Assembly (NCBI GenBank): GCA_038078835.1
Contig: JBBTQI010000002.1
Coordinates: 1 to 59,323 of the forward strand
Direction: 5' to 3'
Length of the DNA: 59,323 nt
Source of the DNA: Patescibacteria group bacterium
GTDB taxonomy: Bacteria; Patescibacteriota; UBA1384; XYA2-FULL-43-10; 1-14-0-10-43-13
Shown here: in pieces, positions 48,289 to 57,501 of the stretch
Numbering within the stretch: position 1 is the stretch's first letter
Layout: each line of letters begins with the position of its first letter
The notes under the pieces: model-generated
The model's input: the letters and a program-made list of their open reading frames with translations, nothing else
What the model was told of the DNA's origin: nothing
The model's database searches: none
Position numbers and translations under genes: made by a program

Positions 48289-48567
48289 TTATTTTTCAGC
48301 AGATTCAGCTTTGCCCTTGTCCTTCTGAGCTTTGGTCTTTTCGTTTTTGGCTTTGTCCGCTTGCACCTTGGCGGCCATTCTGGCGCGGAACTTATCAACG
48401 CGGCCGGCCGTGTCAATCAGCTTCTGCTTGCCGGTGAAGAAGGGATGACAAGCCGAACAGATTTCCATGGAGATCGCTTCGTCGGTTGAGCCAGCCAAAT
48501 AAGTTGCGCCGCAAGCGCAATTTATCGTGACATTGTCGTGATAAGTTGGGTGAATACCTGGTTTCAC
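48289..48567 (-). CDS. rpmE: 50S ribosomal protein L31 (zinc-binding form, Lys-rich tail)
   Basis: KPGIHPTYH, CxC...CxxC cysteines, HPFFTGKQK. Start is the GTG at 48567 or 48576. Confidence 0.9.
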   Translation of the reverse strand: MKPGIHPTYHDNVTINCACGATYLAGSTDEAISMEICSACHPFFTGKQKLIDTAGRVDKFRARMAAKVQADKAKNEKTKAQKDKGKAESAEK

Positions 48568-48684
48568 AATAACCACAAATGGATAACTAATTTTACTAAA
48601 TAACGAATGTCGAATAAATATCAGCTTATTGGTTATTAGTCATTTGGACAGATTCGTCATCCATTTTTGGATTCTAGCACACTC

Positions 48685-48713
48685 TTGCCCTAATGTAAAT
48701 AATCTGATAATAT
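48685..48713 (+). promoter_or_regulatory. Sigma70-type promoter for rpsB-tsf
   Basis: TTGCCC (48685..48690), 17-nt spacer, TAATAT (48708..48713). A leader of about 90 nt with GGAGG/CCTCC and CCCGC/GCGGG hairpins follows. Confidence 0.4.
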
Positions 48714-48811
48714 AATTCTGTCAAGAACAAGGAGGGCTAATTCACACACCTGTCTCAAGAATCCTCCCGCGCAGGCGGGAATGTCAGGTGGCGGCAAGAA
48801 AGGATTATGTT

Positions 48812-49516
48812 ATGGGAGAAGCACCAACGTTGCGCGAGATGCTCCAGGCCGGTGTCCACTTTGGACATAAAACCTCGCGCTGGCATCCGGCAATGGCGCC
48901 GTTTATCTTTACGGCTCGTTCCGGCGTCCATGTAATTAATTTGGAGGAGAGCGCCAAGAGGCTTAAGGCGGCCAGCGATTTTTTGGCAAAATTGGCGAGC
49001 GAGGGCAAGACTGCTCTCTTTGTCGGCACCAAAAAACAGGCAAGCGAGATCGTTAAGGCGGCGGCCCTGGATTGCGGTATGCCGTATGTCAACTCTCGCT
49101 GGCTGGGCGGGACACTCACCAACTTTGCGGTCATACGCAACTCCATTGATAATTTTGTTAAAAATAAGGAGATTGTTCTGGCCGGCAATAGCCAGGGTAT
49201 GACAAAGCGCGAGTTGACGCAATTGAGGGAAAAGGTTGCCAAGGGAGAGCAGGTTTATGGCGGCTTGGTAAATCTGCGCAAACGCCCCGATGCGCTTGTT
49301 CTTATCGGTGTTCACGATGAGAAAAATGCTTTGGCGGAGGCCAAGATGCTTGGCATCCCGGCGGTTGGTTTGGTTGACACCAACGTTGATCCGACCGCGG
49401 TTCTCTATCCTGTTCCGGCTAACGACGACGCGACCAAATCAATTGTTCTCTTTGCCAACTATTTTGCTCAGGTGATCAGGGAGAATAAGGGTAAGGCGGT
49501 TGAAAAGCAGGAATAG
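48812..49516 (+). CDS. rpsB: 30S ribosomal protein S2
   Basis: LLEAGVHFGH-type motif (MLQAGVHFGHKTSRWHP) and VDTNVDP. Confidence 0.95.
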   Translation: MGEAPTLREMLQAGVHFGHKTSRWHPAMAPFIFTARSGVHVINLEESAKRLKAASDFLAKLASEGKTALFVGTKKQASEIVKAAALDCGMPYVNSRWLGGTLTNFAVIRNSIDNFVKNKEIVLAGNSQGMTKRELTQLREKVAKGEQVYGGLVNLRKRPDALVLIGVHDEKNALAEAKMLGIPAVGLVDTNVDPTAVLYPVPANDDATKSIVLFANYFAQVIRENKGKAVEKQE

Positions 49517-49668
49517 CGATGCGAATGACGAATTTTCATGCGAATGTTGCTAATTAAAACCTAAAGCCAAGACACCAAAACAAAACGTTAAAAAACTTAA
49601 ACATTCAAATTTTTTGATTTGAATTTATTCGTATCATTCGCAGGATTATTTGTAAATTAGCATCGCGC
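49512..49668. repeat. GCGAATG / CATTCGC word spacer between rpsB and tsf
   Basis: aatagcgatgcgaatgacgaa (49512..49532) also follows the ftsA stop (1214..1234). Apical hairpin ATTCAAAT/ATTTGAAT, plus scrambled reverse-complement words. Confidence 0.7.
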
Positions 49669-49680
49669 GTTAGGAGTATT

Positions 49681-50277
49681 ATGACTATCAGTGCAAAAGA
49701 TGTAATGGCTTTGCGGGAGAAAACCGGTCTGTCGATGATGGAGTGCAAAAAAGCGCTTATGGAGGCGGGCGGCGATGAAGAAAAAGGCATGGCGATCTTG
49801 AAAAAGCGCGGTTTGGATAAAGCGGCCAAGAAGGCTGAACGGATCACCGGATCGGGTTTGATCGAGGCCTATTCTCACGATGGCCGCATTGGCGTGCTAC
49901 TGGAGGTTCTGTGTGAAACCGATTTTGTGGCTCGCAACGAGGAGTTCAAACAATTGGCTCACGATTTGGCCCTGCAGGTTGCGGCGATGAATCCTCTCTA
50001 TACATCTCCCAGCCATATTCCCCAAGAGATTGTTGAGGAGAGAAAAAGGGAGTTTGCCGAGGAGGCCAGAACTCAGGGTAAGCCGGAGGCAGTTGTCACC
50101 AAGATTGTCGAGGGCAAGCTGGACAGGTATTGCGCCGAAGTTTGCCTTTTAAACCAGCCCTTTATTAAGGATCAGGACAAGACCGCCGGCGACATTGTTC
50201 GCTCTATGATAGCCAAGCTGGGTGAAAATATTACCGTTTCCCGCTTTGTCCGCTATGTTCTTGGCAGTTACGAATAA
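49681..50277 (+). CDS. tsf: Elongation factor Ts (short form)
   Basis: UBA-like N-terminus (VMALREKTGLSMMECKKAL) and LCETDFVARNEEF. Confidence 0.95.
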   Translation: MTISAKDVMALREKTGLSMMECKKALMEAGGDEEKGMAILKKRGLDKAAKKAERITGSGLIEAYSHDGRIGVLLEVLCETDFVARNEEFKQLAHDLALQVAAMNPLYTSPSHIPQEIVEERKREFAEEARTQGKPEAVVTKIVEGKLDRYCAEVCLLNQPFIKDQDKTAGDIVRSMIAKLGENITVSRFVRYVLGSYE

Positions 50278-50363
50278 TTGATTTACTATATTTCAAATTT
50301 TTAGAAAGTGGTAAGATAGCCTTGAGGCGTGAAGCCTCAAGTTTCAAATTGTCGGGAGGCGCT

Positions 50364-50921
50364 ATGGTGGAAGAGATTATAAGATCAACAAAACCAAAGA
50401 TGGCAGAGGCGATTAACGCCCTGATTAGTGACTTAAAAAAAATCAGAACCGGTCGGGCTAACCCGGATATTCTGGATGCCGTTCGCGCCTCTTACTACGG
50501 TACCAGTACGCCGATACGGGAGATGGCGAGCATCTCCGTGCCCGAGTCAAATGTTATCGCCATTAAACCCTGGGATCGCAACGTCCTCTCTGACATTGAG
50601 TTGGCAATTCGAAACTCCGATCTTGGCCTCTCTCCGGTCAACGACGGGACAATGGTTCGTCTGGTTTTGCCGCCGATGACAGAGGAGAGGCGCAAAGAAA
50701 TTATCGGCCAAGTTAAAAAGATGGGAGAGCAGGCAAAGATTGCTTTGCGTACTACTCGGGGAGAGGCGTGGGGACACGTTCAGGAAGCCGAGAAAAGAGG
50801 CGATATCACCGAAGACGATCGTTATCGAGCCGAGGACGAACTCAATAAACTGATCGGCGAGATGAACCGGGAGGTGGATCGGGTTGTGGCAGAGAAAGAA
50901 AAAGAAATTATAAAAGTATAA
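50364..50921 (+). CDS. frr: Ribosome recycling factor
   Basis: LKKIRTGRANPDILD, LGLSPVNDG, LPPMTEERRKE. GGGAGG RBS. Confidence 0.95.
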   Translation: MVEEIIRSTKPKMAEAINALISDLKKIRTGRANPDILDAVRASYYGTSTPIREMASISVPESNVIAIKPWDRNVLSDIELAIRNSDLGLSPVNDGTMVRLVLPPMTEERRKEIIGQVKKMGEQAKIALRTTRGEAWGHVQEAEKRGDITEDDRYRAEDELNKLIGEMNREVDRVVAEKEKEIIKV

Positions 50922-51036
50922 TAAGCGATCCGAAAACGAATCTTCATCCGAATGTTCCCAATGGTTCGCTCGCCATCACTGCAAGTATTTGGATCATCGG
51001 ATAAGATTCGCAGATTCGGACCGATTGGATGTTTAA

Positions 51037-52116
51037 GTGATACTAACAATTCTCGCCTTCCTTATTGTTCTGGGCGTCCTGGTGCTGGTTCATGAACTGG
51101 GCCATTTTGTTGTGGCGAAACTCTCAGGCGTAAAGGTGGAGGAGTTTGCTTTCGGTTTTCCGCCCCGCTTGTTTTCAATAAAGAAGGGAGAGACTCGCTA
51201 TTCGGTTAATGTCGTGCCCTTTGGCGGCTATGTCAAGATGCTGGGGGAGCTGGAGCACTCCGCCAGTCCGAGAGCATTCGAAAACCAGAGAGCCGGCAAG
51301 CGTTTTGCTATCTCGATTGCCGGGGTGGTGATGAATATTTTGCTTGCCTGGACGATTCTGACTGTCGGTTTTATTGCTGGTATGTCGCCGATTATCTCTG
51401 ATCCGGATACCTTGCCCGGGCAAAAGGTGAGCTCGGAAATTATCGTGGCCAACGTGACGAAGGGCTCGGCCGCCGAAAAAGCCTCTTTTCAGGCCGGGGA
51501 TATGCTTTTGCGGGCTCAGACCGGCGAAGATCAGGTTAACTTTGATTCCGTGGAGAGTGTTGGCGATTTCACCCGCCGCCATCAGGGCGAGAGGGTAGAA
51601 TTTGTTTACGAGCGCGGCAATCAGTCGGAGACTAAGAGCGTCGAGCTTTCCCGGGATGGAGAGGCGCCGCTGGGCGTAGCTTTGGCCGAGAGATCGATCG
51701 TGAAGGTGCCGTGGTATCAGGCGCCTTATGTCGCTCTTCGTGAGACTTGGCATGTGGTCGAGGTCACCTTTAGGTTTTTCGGCCAATTTTTACACAATCT
51801 TTTTGCACGCGGCGAGGTCGCCGAGGAGGTGGGCGGACCGGTTGCCGTTTATGTTTACAGCGGTTTGGCGGTTCGGGCGGGAGTAATGGTTTTCCTGCAG
51901 TTTATCGCTATGCTCTCCGTTAATTTGGCGATTATCAACATCTTGCCCTTTCCGGCGCTTGATGGCGGCCGTCTGCTCTTTATCGCCCTGGAGAAGCTGC
52001 ATGGCCGCAAAGTGGTGAGAGAAGAGATCGAAAACATTATCCATACCATCGGTTTTGCTGTTTTGATCGCTCTTCTACTAGCCATCACTTACCGCGACAT
52101 TATCAAACTCTTCTAG
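51037..52116 (+). CDS. rseP: RIP metalloprotease RseP (M50) with PDZ domain
   Basis: HELGHF, a PDZ segment, and NILPFPALDGG. Confidence 0.85.
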   Translation: MILTILAFLIVLGVLVLVHELGHFVVAKLSGVKVEEFAFGFPPRLFSIKKGETRYSVNVVPFGGYVKMLGELEHSASPRAFENQRAGKRFAISIAGVVMNILLAWTILTVGFIAGMSPIISDPDTLPGQKVSSEIIVANVTKGSAAEKASFQAGDMLLRAQTGEDQVNFDSVESVGDFTRRHQGERVEFVYERGNQSETKSVELSRDGEAPLGVALAERSIVKVPWYQAPYVALRETWHVVEVTFRFFGQFLHNLFARGEVAEEVGGPVAVYVYSGLAVRAGVMVFLQFIAMLSVNLAIINILPFPALDGGRLLFIALEKLHGRKVVREEIENIIHTIGFAVLIALLLAITYRDIIKLF

Positions 52117-52213
52117 CCTTACTACAAAATTACGAATTCAACAAAATTACCAATATTGCAAATATTTGTATGATTTGTAGTTTCGGTGAATTTGTAAATT
52201 TATAGGAGACTAA
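52117..52213. repeat. TACAAAT/ATTTGTA word spacer (family shared with 8679..8746)
   Basis: aaattacgaattcaac...tgcaaatatttgtatgatttgtag...aggaga aligns with the pbp2 upstream spacer. Confidence 0.7.
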
Positions 52214-53461
52214 ATGAAGCAGTCGCAACTATTTTACAAAACCCGCAAGGAAACACCGGCGGATGCCGACTCAATTAACGCTTCGTACTTTATCCGGGCC
52301 GGGTTTGCCCATAAGCATATGGCCGGAGTTTATGCTCTACTGCCCCTTGGCTTTCGAGTTCTAAAAAAAATCGAGCAGATCATTCGCGAGGAAATGAACA
52401 CTATTGGCGGGCAAGAAATTTTAATGAATGTGTTGCAGCCCAAGGAGCTGTGGGAGGAAACGGGCCGCTGGCAGTCGGCAGTGGACATCTTCTATAAGCT
52501 CCGGGACAGTCGCGGCAAGGAGTTGTGTTTGGCGCCGACTCATGAAGAGGAGACAACTGACATTGTTCGCGGCAGCACCAATTCCTATAAAAATTTGCCA
52601 ATTGCCCTCTATCAGATTCAGGCTAAGTTCAGAAATGAACCCCGGGCCAAATCCGGCCTGCTCCGCGGCCGGGAATTTATTATGAAGGACCTCTATAGTT
52701 TTCATACCAGCGAAGATGATCTTTGGCGTTACTATGATGTAGTGAGAGCTGCTTACTTTAAGATTTTTGACCGTTTGGGCCTTAGTGTGAAGTTGGTCGA
52801 GGCTTCGGGCGGGGTTTTTTCAAAATTTTCCCACGAGTTTCAGGTGCTGACACCGGTGGGAGAAGATACAATTTATTACTGCGACAAGTGCGATTTTGCT
52901 CAGAACAAGGAGATCGCCAAAGTCAAGGATGGCGACAAGTGTCCGGGGTGTGATGGCCGCATCAAGATGGATCGCGGCATTGAGGTTGGCAATATCTTTC
53001 CCTTGATGGCACGGTTTTCCGAGCCGATGGGAGCGGTTTTCCTTGATAGGGACGGCAAAGAGAAAGTGATGGTGATGGGTTCTTACGGTATCGGTTTAAC
53101 GCGGGCGATGGCGACGGTAGCGGAGATGAAATATGACGCAGCCAAAAACGCTATGGTCTGGCCCGGAGAAATTGCACCGTATCGGATTCACCTGATCTCT
53201 CTTAATAAAAATGATCAGGCGAACAGGATTTATGATGAATTAAGAAAAAAAAATATCGAAGTTTTGTTTGATGACCGCGATATTTCGGCCGGCGAAAAAT
53301 TCGCCGAGGCTGATTTAATCGGGTGTCCTATCCGGCTCATTATCTCTGAAAAATCCCTGGCCGCTGGCGGAGCGGAGCTGGTCGATAGGATCGATAATAA
53401 AATAAAGATTGTGTCGGTCGGAGAGATATCAAGGGAGATCAAGGGGATAACAAAGGGATGA
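52214..53461 (+). CDS. proS: Proline--tRNA ligase lacking the INS editing domain
   Basis: Class II motifs (FRNEPRAKSGLLRGREFIMKD, GSYGIGLTRA) and an anticodon-binding C-terminus. Only 415 aa, with a CDKC...CPGC knuckle where INS normally sits. Confidence 0.9.
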   Translation: MKQSQLFYKTRKETPADADSINASYFIRAGFAHKHMAGVYALLPLGFRVLKKIEQIIREEMNTIGGQEILMNVLQPKELWEETGRWQSAVDIFYKLRDSRGKELCLAPTHEEETTDIVRGSTNSYKNLPIALYQIQAKFRNEPRAKSGLLRGREFIMKDLYSFHTSEDDLWRYYDVVRAAYFKIFDRLGLSVKLVEASGGVFSKFSHEFQVLTPVGEDTIYYCDKCDFAQNKEIAKVKDGDKCPGCDGRIKMDRGIEVGNIFPLMARFSEPMGAVFLDRDGKEKVMVMGSYGIGLTRAMATVAEMKYDAAKNAMVWPGEIAPYRIHLISLNKNDQANRIYDELRKKNIEVLFDDRDISAGEKFAEADLIGCPIRLIISEKSLAAGGAELVDRIDNKIKIVSVGEISREIKGITKG

Positions 53462-53918
53462 TAGGGGGGGCGACAAAAGGGCAGTAAGGGGGGCAAGGGA
53501 GGCGATAAAGACAACAAGGGGACAGTAAGACAGTATATGCGTGTATATTGAAGCAATGAAAGCAGTGAATAAAATAAGGACCTGGCGGCAGCGCTGGCCA
53601 AGGGGGAGAAGAATCGGGGTCGGGCGGAAAGAAGGCGCGTTCCAGCAGTGAGCGCGAGATCGGGAGAAGCGACTCGTCGCTTTCCAAAACGGTCTGAACC
53701 TGTTCGATCAGGCTGTATGGGCTATGCCTCGGCATGGCGTCGAGAATAGCGCAGATCGCCGCAGTGACATCAACACCGCGCCCTCTCATCGTCGCGATGA
53801 TGGCGGGCATAATCTCCCGGAGGGCGCGCGGAGCGAATGTCGCCAGATAGCGACCCAACTCTCGCCAGTCGTTTTCCTCGGCCAACTTGACTGCTCGCGG
53901 CGGCGCAGCGACAAGCAT
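53439..53918 (-). CDS. Hypothetical protein (159 aa) with a low-complexity Pro/Cys tail
   Basis: AAAGGAG RBS 8 nt before the ATG at 53918. The C-terminal third reads through a purine-rich (on +) word tract and overlaps the proS stop. Confidence 0.4.
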   Translation of the reverse strand: MLVAAPPRAVKLAEENDWRELGRYLATFAPRALREIMPAIIATMRGRGVDVTAAICAILDAMPRHSPYSLIEQVQTVLESDESLLPISRSLLERAFFPPDPDSSPPWPALPPGPYFIHCFHCFNIHAYTVLLSPCCLYRLPCPPYCPFVAPPIIPLLSP

Positions 53919-53972
53919 TTGGTGTGCTCCTTTCCTGGGATTTAATATTCATTTAACTATTTCCGCCCAAAA

Positions 53973-55295
53973 ATGTCAAGACTAAAAGAGAAAATTAAGG
54001 ATTTGTCCAAATTAGCGGGCGTGTACCAGTTTATCGGGGAAACCGGCGAGATTTTGTATATCGGCAAAGCCAAAAACTTACAGAATCGCTTGAAGTCTTA
54101 CTTCGCCAAGGAGATTGGCCGCGGTCCGGTGATCGATTTAATGGTTAGCCAGGCTGTAGATATCAAGATCATCGAAACTGAAAGCGAGATTGAGGCGGTT
54201 ATTTTGGAGGCCGACCTCATCGGCAAACTCAAACCCAAGTACAACATTCGCCAAAAAGACGATAAATCGTTTCTGATGATCAAGATAACAAAACCAAAAC
54301 ACGCATCACGTATCACATATCACGTATCAGGGATGAAAGAAAATCAATGCAATGAATATTCTAAAGTCTCACTCATTCGGTACAAGGATGTCGATGTTGA
54401 TGATAAAAGCGCCTGGTACTTTGGGCCGTATCCGGCGGGAGATCTCTTGAAGCGTTCAATGTGCTATCTCCGCCGCGTCTTTCCCTATTATGACTGCTCC
54501 GAAGTCAAATATAGCCGAGCCCAGAAGAACAACCGGGCCTGTTTGTATGGCGATTTGCATATTTGCTCGGCGCCGTGTGTCGGGGCAGTCAGCACGGAGG
54601 AGTACACCAAAAACATCACCTATCTGAAGAACTTTTTGCGGGGCAAGAAAAAACAGGTGATTAAAGACCTGGAACAAGAGATGGCAACGTTAAGTCAAAA
54701 CCGGAAGTTTGAGGCGGCTGCTGTTATTCGCGATCGTCTCACTGCGTTGCGCCATATCGGCCAGGCGGCCATTGGTCTTAGGGATGATTTCACTGCTCCG
54801 GCCAAACTTGCTTTCCGGCGCATCGAGGCTTATGATATTGCCAATATTAGCGGGCAGTATGCCGTCGGGGCGATGATTGTTTTTAGCGGCGGCGAGACAA
54901 GCAAAAAAGACTATCGTCGTTTTCGCCTTCGGCCTTCGGCCTTGAGCCTTGAGCAAGGCCAAGGTGATGTTCAGATGATGAAAGAGGTGCTGGCACGGCG
55001 GTTTGCCAACGATTGGCCCCGGCCCGACTTGATCCTGGTTGATGGTGGTGTTGCCCATCTCAATTTGGCAATGCGGGTGCTAGGGGAGTATAATTTTGAT
55101 ATTCCGGTGGTGGCTATCGCCAAGGGCCCGAAGCGGGACAAAAACGAATTTCATTTTTCCGATCAAAATATTGCTCATTACGTCAAGAGAAATCGAGAGC
55201 TGGAAATTATCCTGGTTAAGGCGCGCAACGAGGCTCACCGCTTCGCTCAATCGTACTACAAGAAGCTGCACAGTAGGGGGATGATGGGGGAATAA
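53973..55295 (+). CDS. uvrC: Excinuclease ABC subunit C (short form, no C-terminal HhH)
   Basis: GIY-YIG (GVYQFIGETGEILYIGKAKNL), UVR domain (FEAAAVIRDRLTAL), RNase H-like endonuclease region (IEAYDIANISG). Confidence 0.85.
   Translation: MSRLKEKIKDLSKLAGVYQFIGETGEILYIGKAKNLQNRLKSYFAKEIGRGPVIDLMVSQAVDIKIIETESEIEAVILEADLIGKLKPKYNIRQKDDKSFLMIKITKPKHASRITYHVSGMKENQCNEYSKVSLIRYKDVDVDDKSAWYFGPYPAGDLLKRSMCYLRRVFPYYDCSEVKYSRAQKNNRACLYGDLHICSAPCVGAVSTEEYTKNITYLKNFLRGKKKQVIKDLEQEMATLSQNRKFEAAAVIRDRLTALRHIGQAAIGLRDDFTAPAKLAFRRIEAYDIANISGQYAVGAMIVFSGGETSKKDYRRFRLRPSALSLEQGQGDVQMMKEVLARRFANDWPRPDLILVDGGVAHLNLAMRVLGEYNFDIPVVAIAKGPKRDKNEFHFSDQNIAHYVKRNRELEIILVKARNEAHRFAQSYYKKLHSRGMMGE
54300..54330 (+). 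repeat. ATCACGTATCAC word tract in uvrC
   Basis: cacgcatcacgtatcacatatcacgtatcag is read in frame as ..HASRITYHVS.. Confidence 0.6.
54925..54964 (+). repeat. GCCTTCGGCC word tract in uvrC
   Basis: gccttcggccttcggccttgagccttgagcaaggccaagg is read in frame as ..LRPSALSLEQGQG.. Confidence 0.75.
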
Positions 55296-55406
55296 TTAAT
55301 AATGTCCACAAAGTGTGCGATCGCACCACAAGTGAGACAATAATTATAAAGTCCGTAAAGTAAAGCATAGAGTTGATGTTTGTTTGGGGACAGGCGGGAT
55401 AAAGAG

Positions 55407-56438
55407 ATGAGGCGAATTATAAAAAACTGGTGGAACGGTTTGCGCTACGAGCCGGGTGATCCGCGTTATCATACAGGACGCGATATTAAAGTCGCCGTTA
55501 TCGGCGGCGGGACCGGTCTGGCCAATTTGTTGCGCGGCTTGAAGAGATACTCGCGGCACATTTCTGCCATCGTCACCGTGGCGGACAGCGGTTCTTCGAC
55601 CGGAGAACTGCGCCGCGAGTTTGATATTCCGGCCCCCGGCGATATTAGAAAGTGTTTGGCTGCTCTAGCCCTGGACGAAGTTCTGGTAACAAAGCTCTTT
55701 GACTATCGTTTTGCCCAAAAAAAGAGCCGGCTGGGTGGCCACACTCTGGGTAATATCTGGCTCACCGCCCTTTCCGACTACTTTGGTTCCTTTGATAAGG
55801 CGATCGAGGTTACCTCGGAGATCTTTCAGACTGCCGGCAAGGTTTTGCCGGCCACGCTTGAGCCGGTTGATCTCATAATTGAATATGAAGACGGCACCAA
55901 GGTGAAGGGTGAGGATTATCTCGACAAACTTGTTAAACGTCCCCGCAAGATCTCATTAAGCAAGAAGGGCGTTCGGGCATATACAAAAGCCATTCGAGCG
56001 CTGGGGGAGGCGGACCTAATCGTTATCGGCCCCGGCAGTCTCTACGGCAGTGTCATCCCCAATTTTCTGATACCGGGGATCACGCAGGCGGTGCGGCAGA
56101 ACCGCCGGGCAGTCAAAACCTATGTTGCCAACTGTTCAACCGAGCGGACACAAACCGCGAAGTATTCGATTGATGACCACATTCAAGCGATCTTTGAGCA
56201 TGCCGGCGGCCGCGTTTTTGACCACTGTCTGGTGAATAATAAAATTCTGCGTCGTTCAAAGGATGTTTATAAGTTAGGCGAGGTCAATAATATTACCACC
56301 GACAAGCAGGAAATTTTGGGGGTGAGAATTGCATGCGACGATATTATTTCAACCCCTAACCCTCTCTACCATAATTCGGAAAAGCTGGCGGAAAGCTTAA
56401 TCGAGTTGTATAATAAACAAGAAACGGAGGGATTATGA
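55407..56438 (+). CDS. yvcK: Gluconeogenesis factor YvcK (CofD-like, UPF0052)
   Basis: VAVIGGGTGLANLLRGLK and VTVADSGSSTGELR motifs. Confidence 0.85.
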   Translation: MRRIIKNWWNGLRYEPGDPRYHTGRDIKVAVIGGGTGLANLLRGLKRYSRHISAIVTVADSGSSTGELRREFDIPAPGDIRKCLAALALDEVLVTKLFDYRFAQKKSRLGGHTLGNIWLTALSDYFGSFDKAIEVTSEIFQTAGKVLPATLEPVDLIIEYEDGTKVKGEDYLDKLVKRPRKISLSKKGVRAYTKAIRALGEADLIVIGPGSLYGSVIPNFLIPGITQAVRQNRRAVKTYVANCSTERTQTAKYSIDDHIQAIFEHAGGRVFDHCLVNNKILRRSKDVYKLGEVNNITTDKQEILGVRIACDDIISTPNPLYHNSEKLAESLIELYNKQETEGL

Positions 56439-57178
56439 GGCGACCGATTGTAGTCGGCAACTGGAAGATGTACACGCGGGCGGCCGACGCAACTATATTG
56501 GCAACAACTTTGCGGGATAATTTAGCTCGCCTGCCAGAAGCGGAGATTGTTCTTTGTCCGCCGGCAGTCTGGATTTCTGAGGTTTTGGCGGTAGTCGGCC
56601 GGGGTCGGATTGAGCTTGGCGCTCAGAATATGTACTTCGAGGTAGAGGGTGCCTTTACGGGCGAGATCTCCCCGCTGATGATTCGGGATGTGGCCAAATA
56701 TGTTATTATCGGTCACTCTGAGCGCCGGGAGCATTTCGGCGAAACCGACGAAATTGTCAATGAAAAAACCATCGCTGCGCTCGAAGCCGGTCTGGTGCCG
56801 ATTGTTTGCGTTGGCGAGCGCAAAAAAAAGAACAATCCGGCCGAACCGGTGGCGGAACTCAAAGCGGCGCTGGAGGAGATTCCTAAAAAACGCCTTACCG
56901 ACATCGTTGTGGCTTATGAGCCGGTTTGGGCGATCGGAACGGGGGATAATGCCGCTCCGGAGTATGTAGCCAGAGTGATTAATCAACTGCGGGAGGTTGG
57001 TTTAGCCGAAACACCCGTTCTCTACGGCGGCAGTGTCAATTCAAAAAACATTGCCGCTTACGCCGCCCGCCCCGAGATTGACGGCGTTCTGGTCGGCGGC
57101 GCCAGCATCCGCTCGTCGGAGTTTGTCAAAATCTGTGAGACCTGGGCTCGCGTCAAGCACTTCCGCAGTCAGGCTTAA
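56435..57178 (+). CDS. tpiA: Triosephosphate isomerase
   Basis: VGNWKMY, IGHSERR, AYEPVWAIGTG. Confidence 0.95.
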   Translation: MRRPIVVGNWKMYTRAADATILATTLRDNLARLPEAEIVLCPPAVWISEVLAVVGRGRIELGAQNMYFEVEGAFTGEISPLMIRDVAKYVIIGHSERREHFGETDEIVNEKTIAALEAGLVPIVCVGERKKKNNPAEPVAELKAALEEIPKKRLTDIVVAYEPVWAIGTGDNAAPEYVARVINQLREVGLAETPVLYGGSVNSKNIAAYAARPEIDGVLVGGASIRSSEFVKICETWARVKHFRSQA

Positions 57179-57180
57179 TG

Positions 57181-57189
57181 TGGTATAAT
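57181..57189 (+). promoter_or_regulatory. Extended -10 element (TGGTATAAT) just after the tpiA stop
   Basis: TATAAT at 57184..57189 lies 7 nt before the ATG at 57196. Confidence 0.3.
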
Positions 57190-57195
57190 TTGGTT

Positions 57196-57501
57196 ATGAC
57201 AGAAGAAAAACTATCAAAAATGCCGCAGTCGGTCAAGGTTACCCTTTGGTCGTACGACACGGACAGATTAGACTTGGAAAAATCCGGTCGAACTGTAATC
57301 GGGCAGGTTTTGAACTACGGCAGCACAGAAGCATGGGATTGGCTTTTCTCTTACTACGGCAGGGATCGTGTTCGAGAAGAGGCCGCGAGAGTACCCAAGG
57401 GGGCATGGAACAAACCATCTCTTGCTTTGTGGTCGCTGGTTCTGGATATCCAGCCAAAAGAAAGGTCTGAATGGATGAAGATATCTTCCGCGACATCTTA
57501 G
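57196..57501 (+). CDS. Small protein upstream of the nucleotidyltransferase (putative antitoxin/partner)
   Basis: Overlaps the downstream gene by 31 nt. The start could instead be 57178 (TAATG overlap with tpiA). Confidence 0.4.
   Translation: MTEEKLSKMPQSVKVTLWSYDTDRLDLEKSGRTVIGQVLNYGSTEAWDWLFSYYGRDRVREEAARVPKGAWNKPSLALWSLVLDIQPKERSEWMKISSATS

Noticed and set aside
55312-55323. GTGCGATCGCAC palindrome (contains the cyanobacterial HIP1 core GCGATCGC)
   Set aside because: It occurs once in the window, so there is no evidence of iteration.
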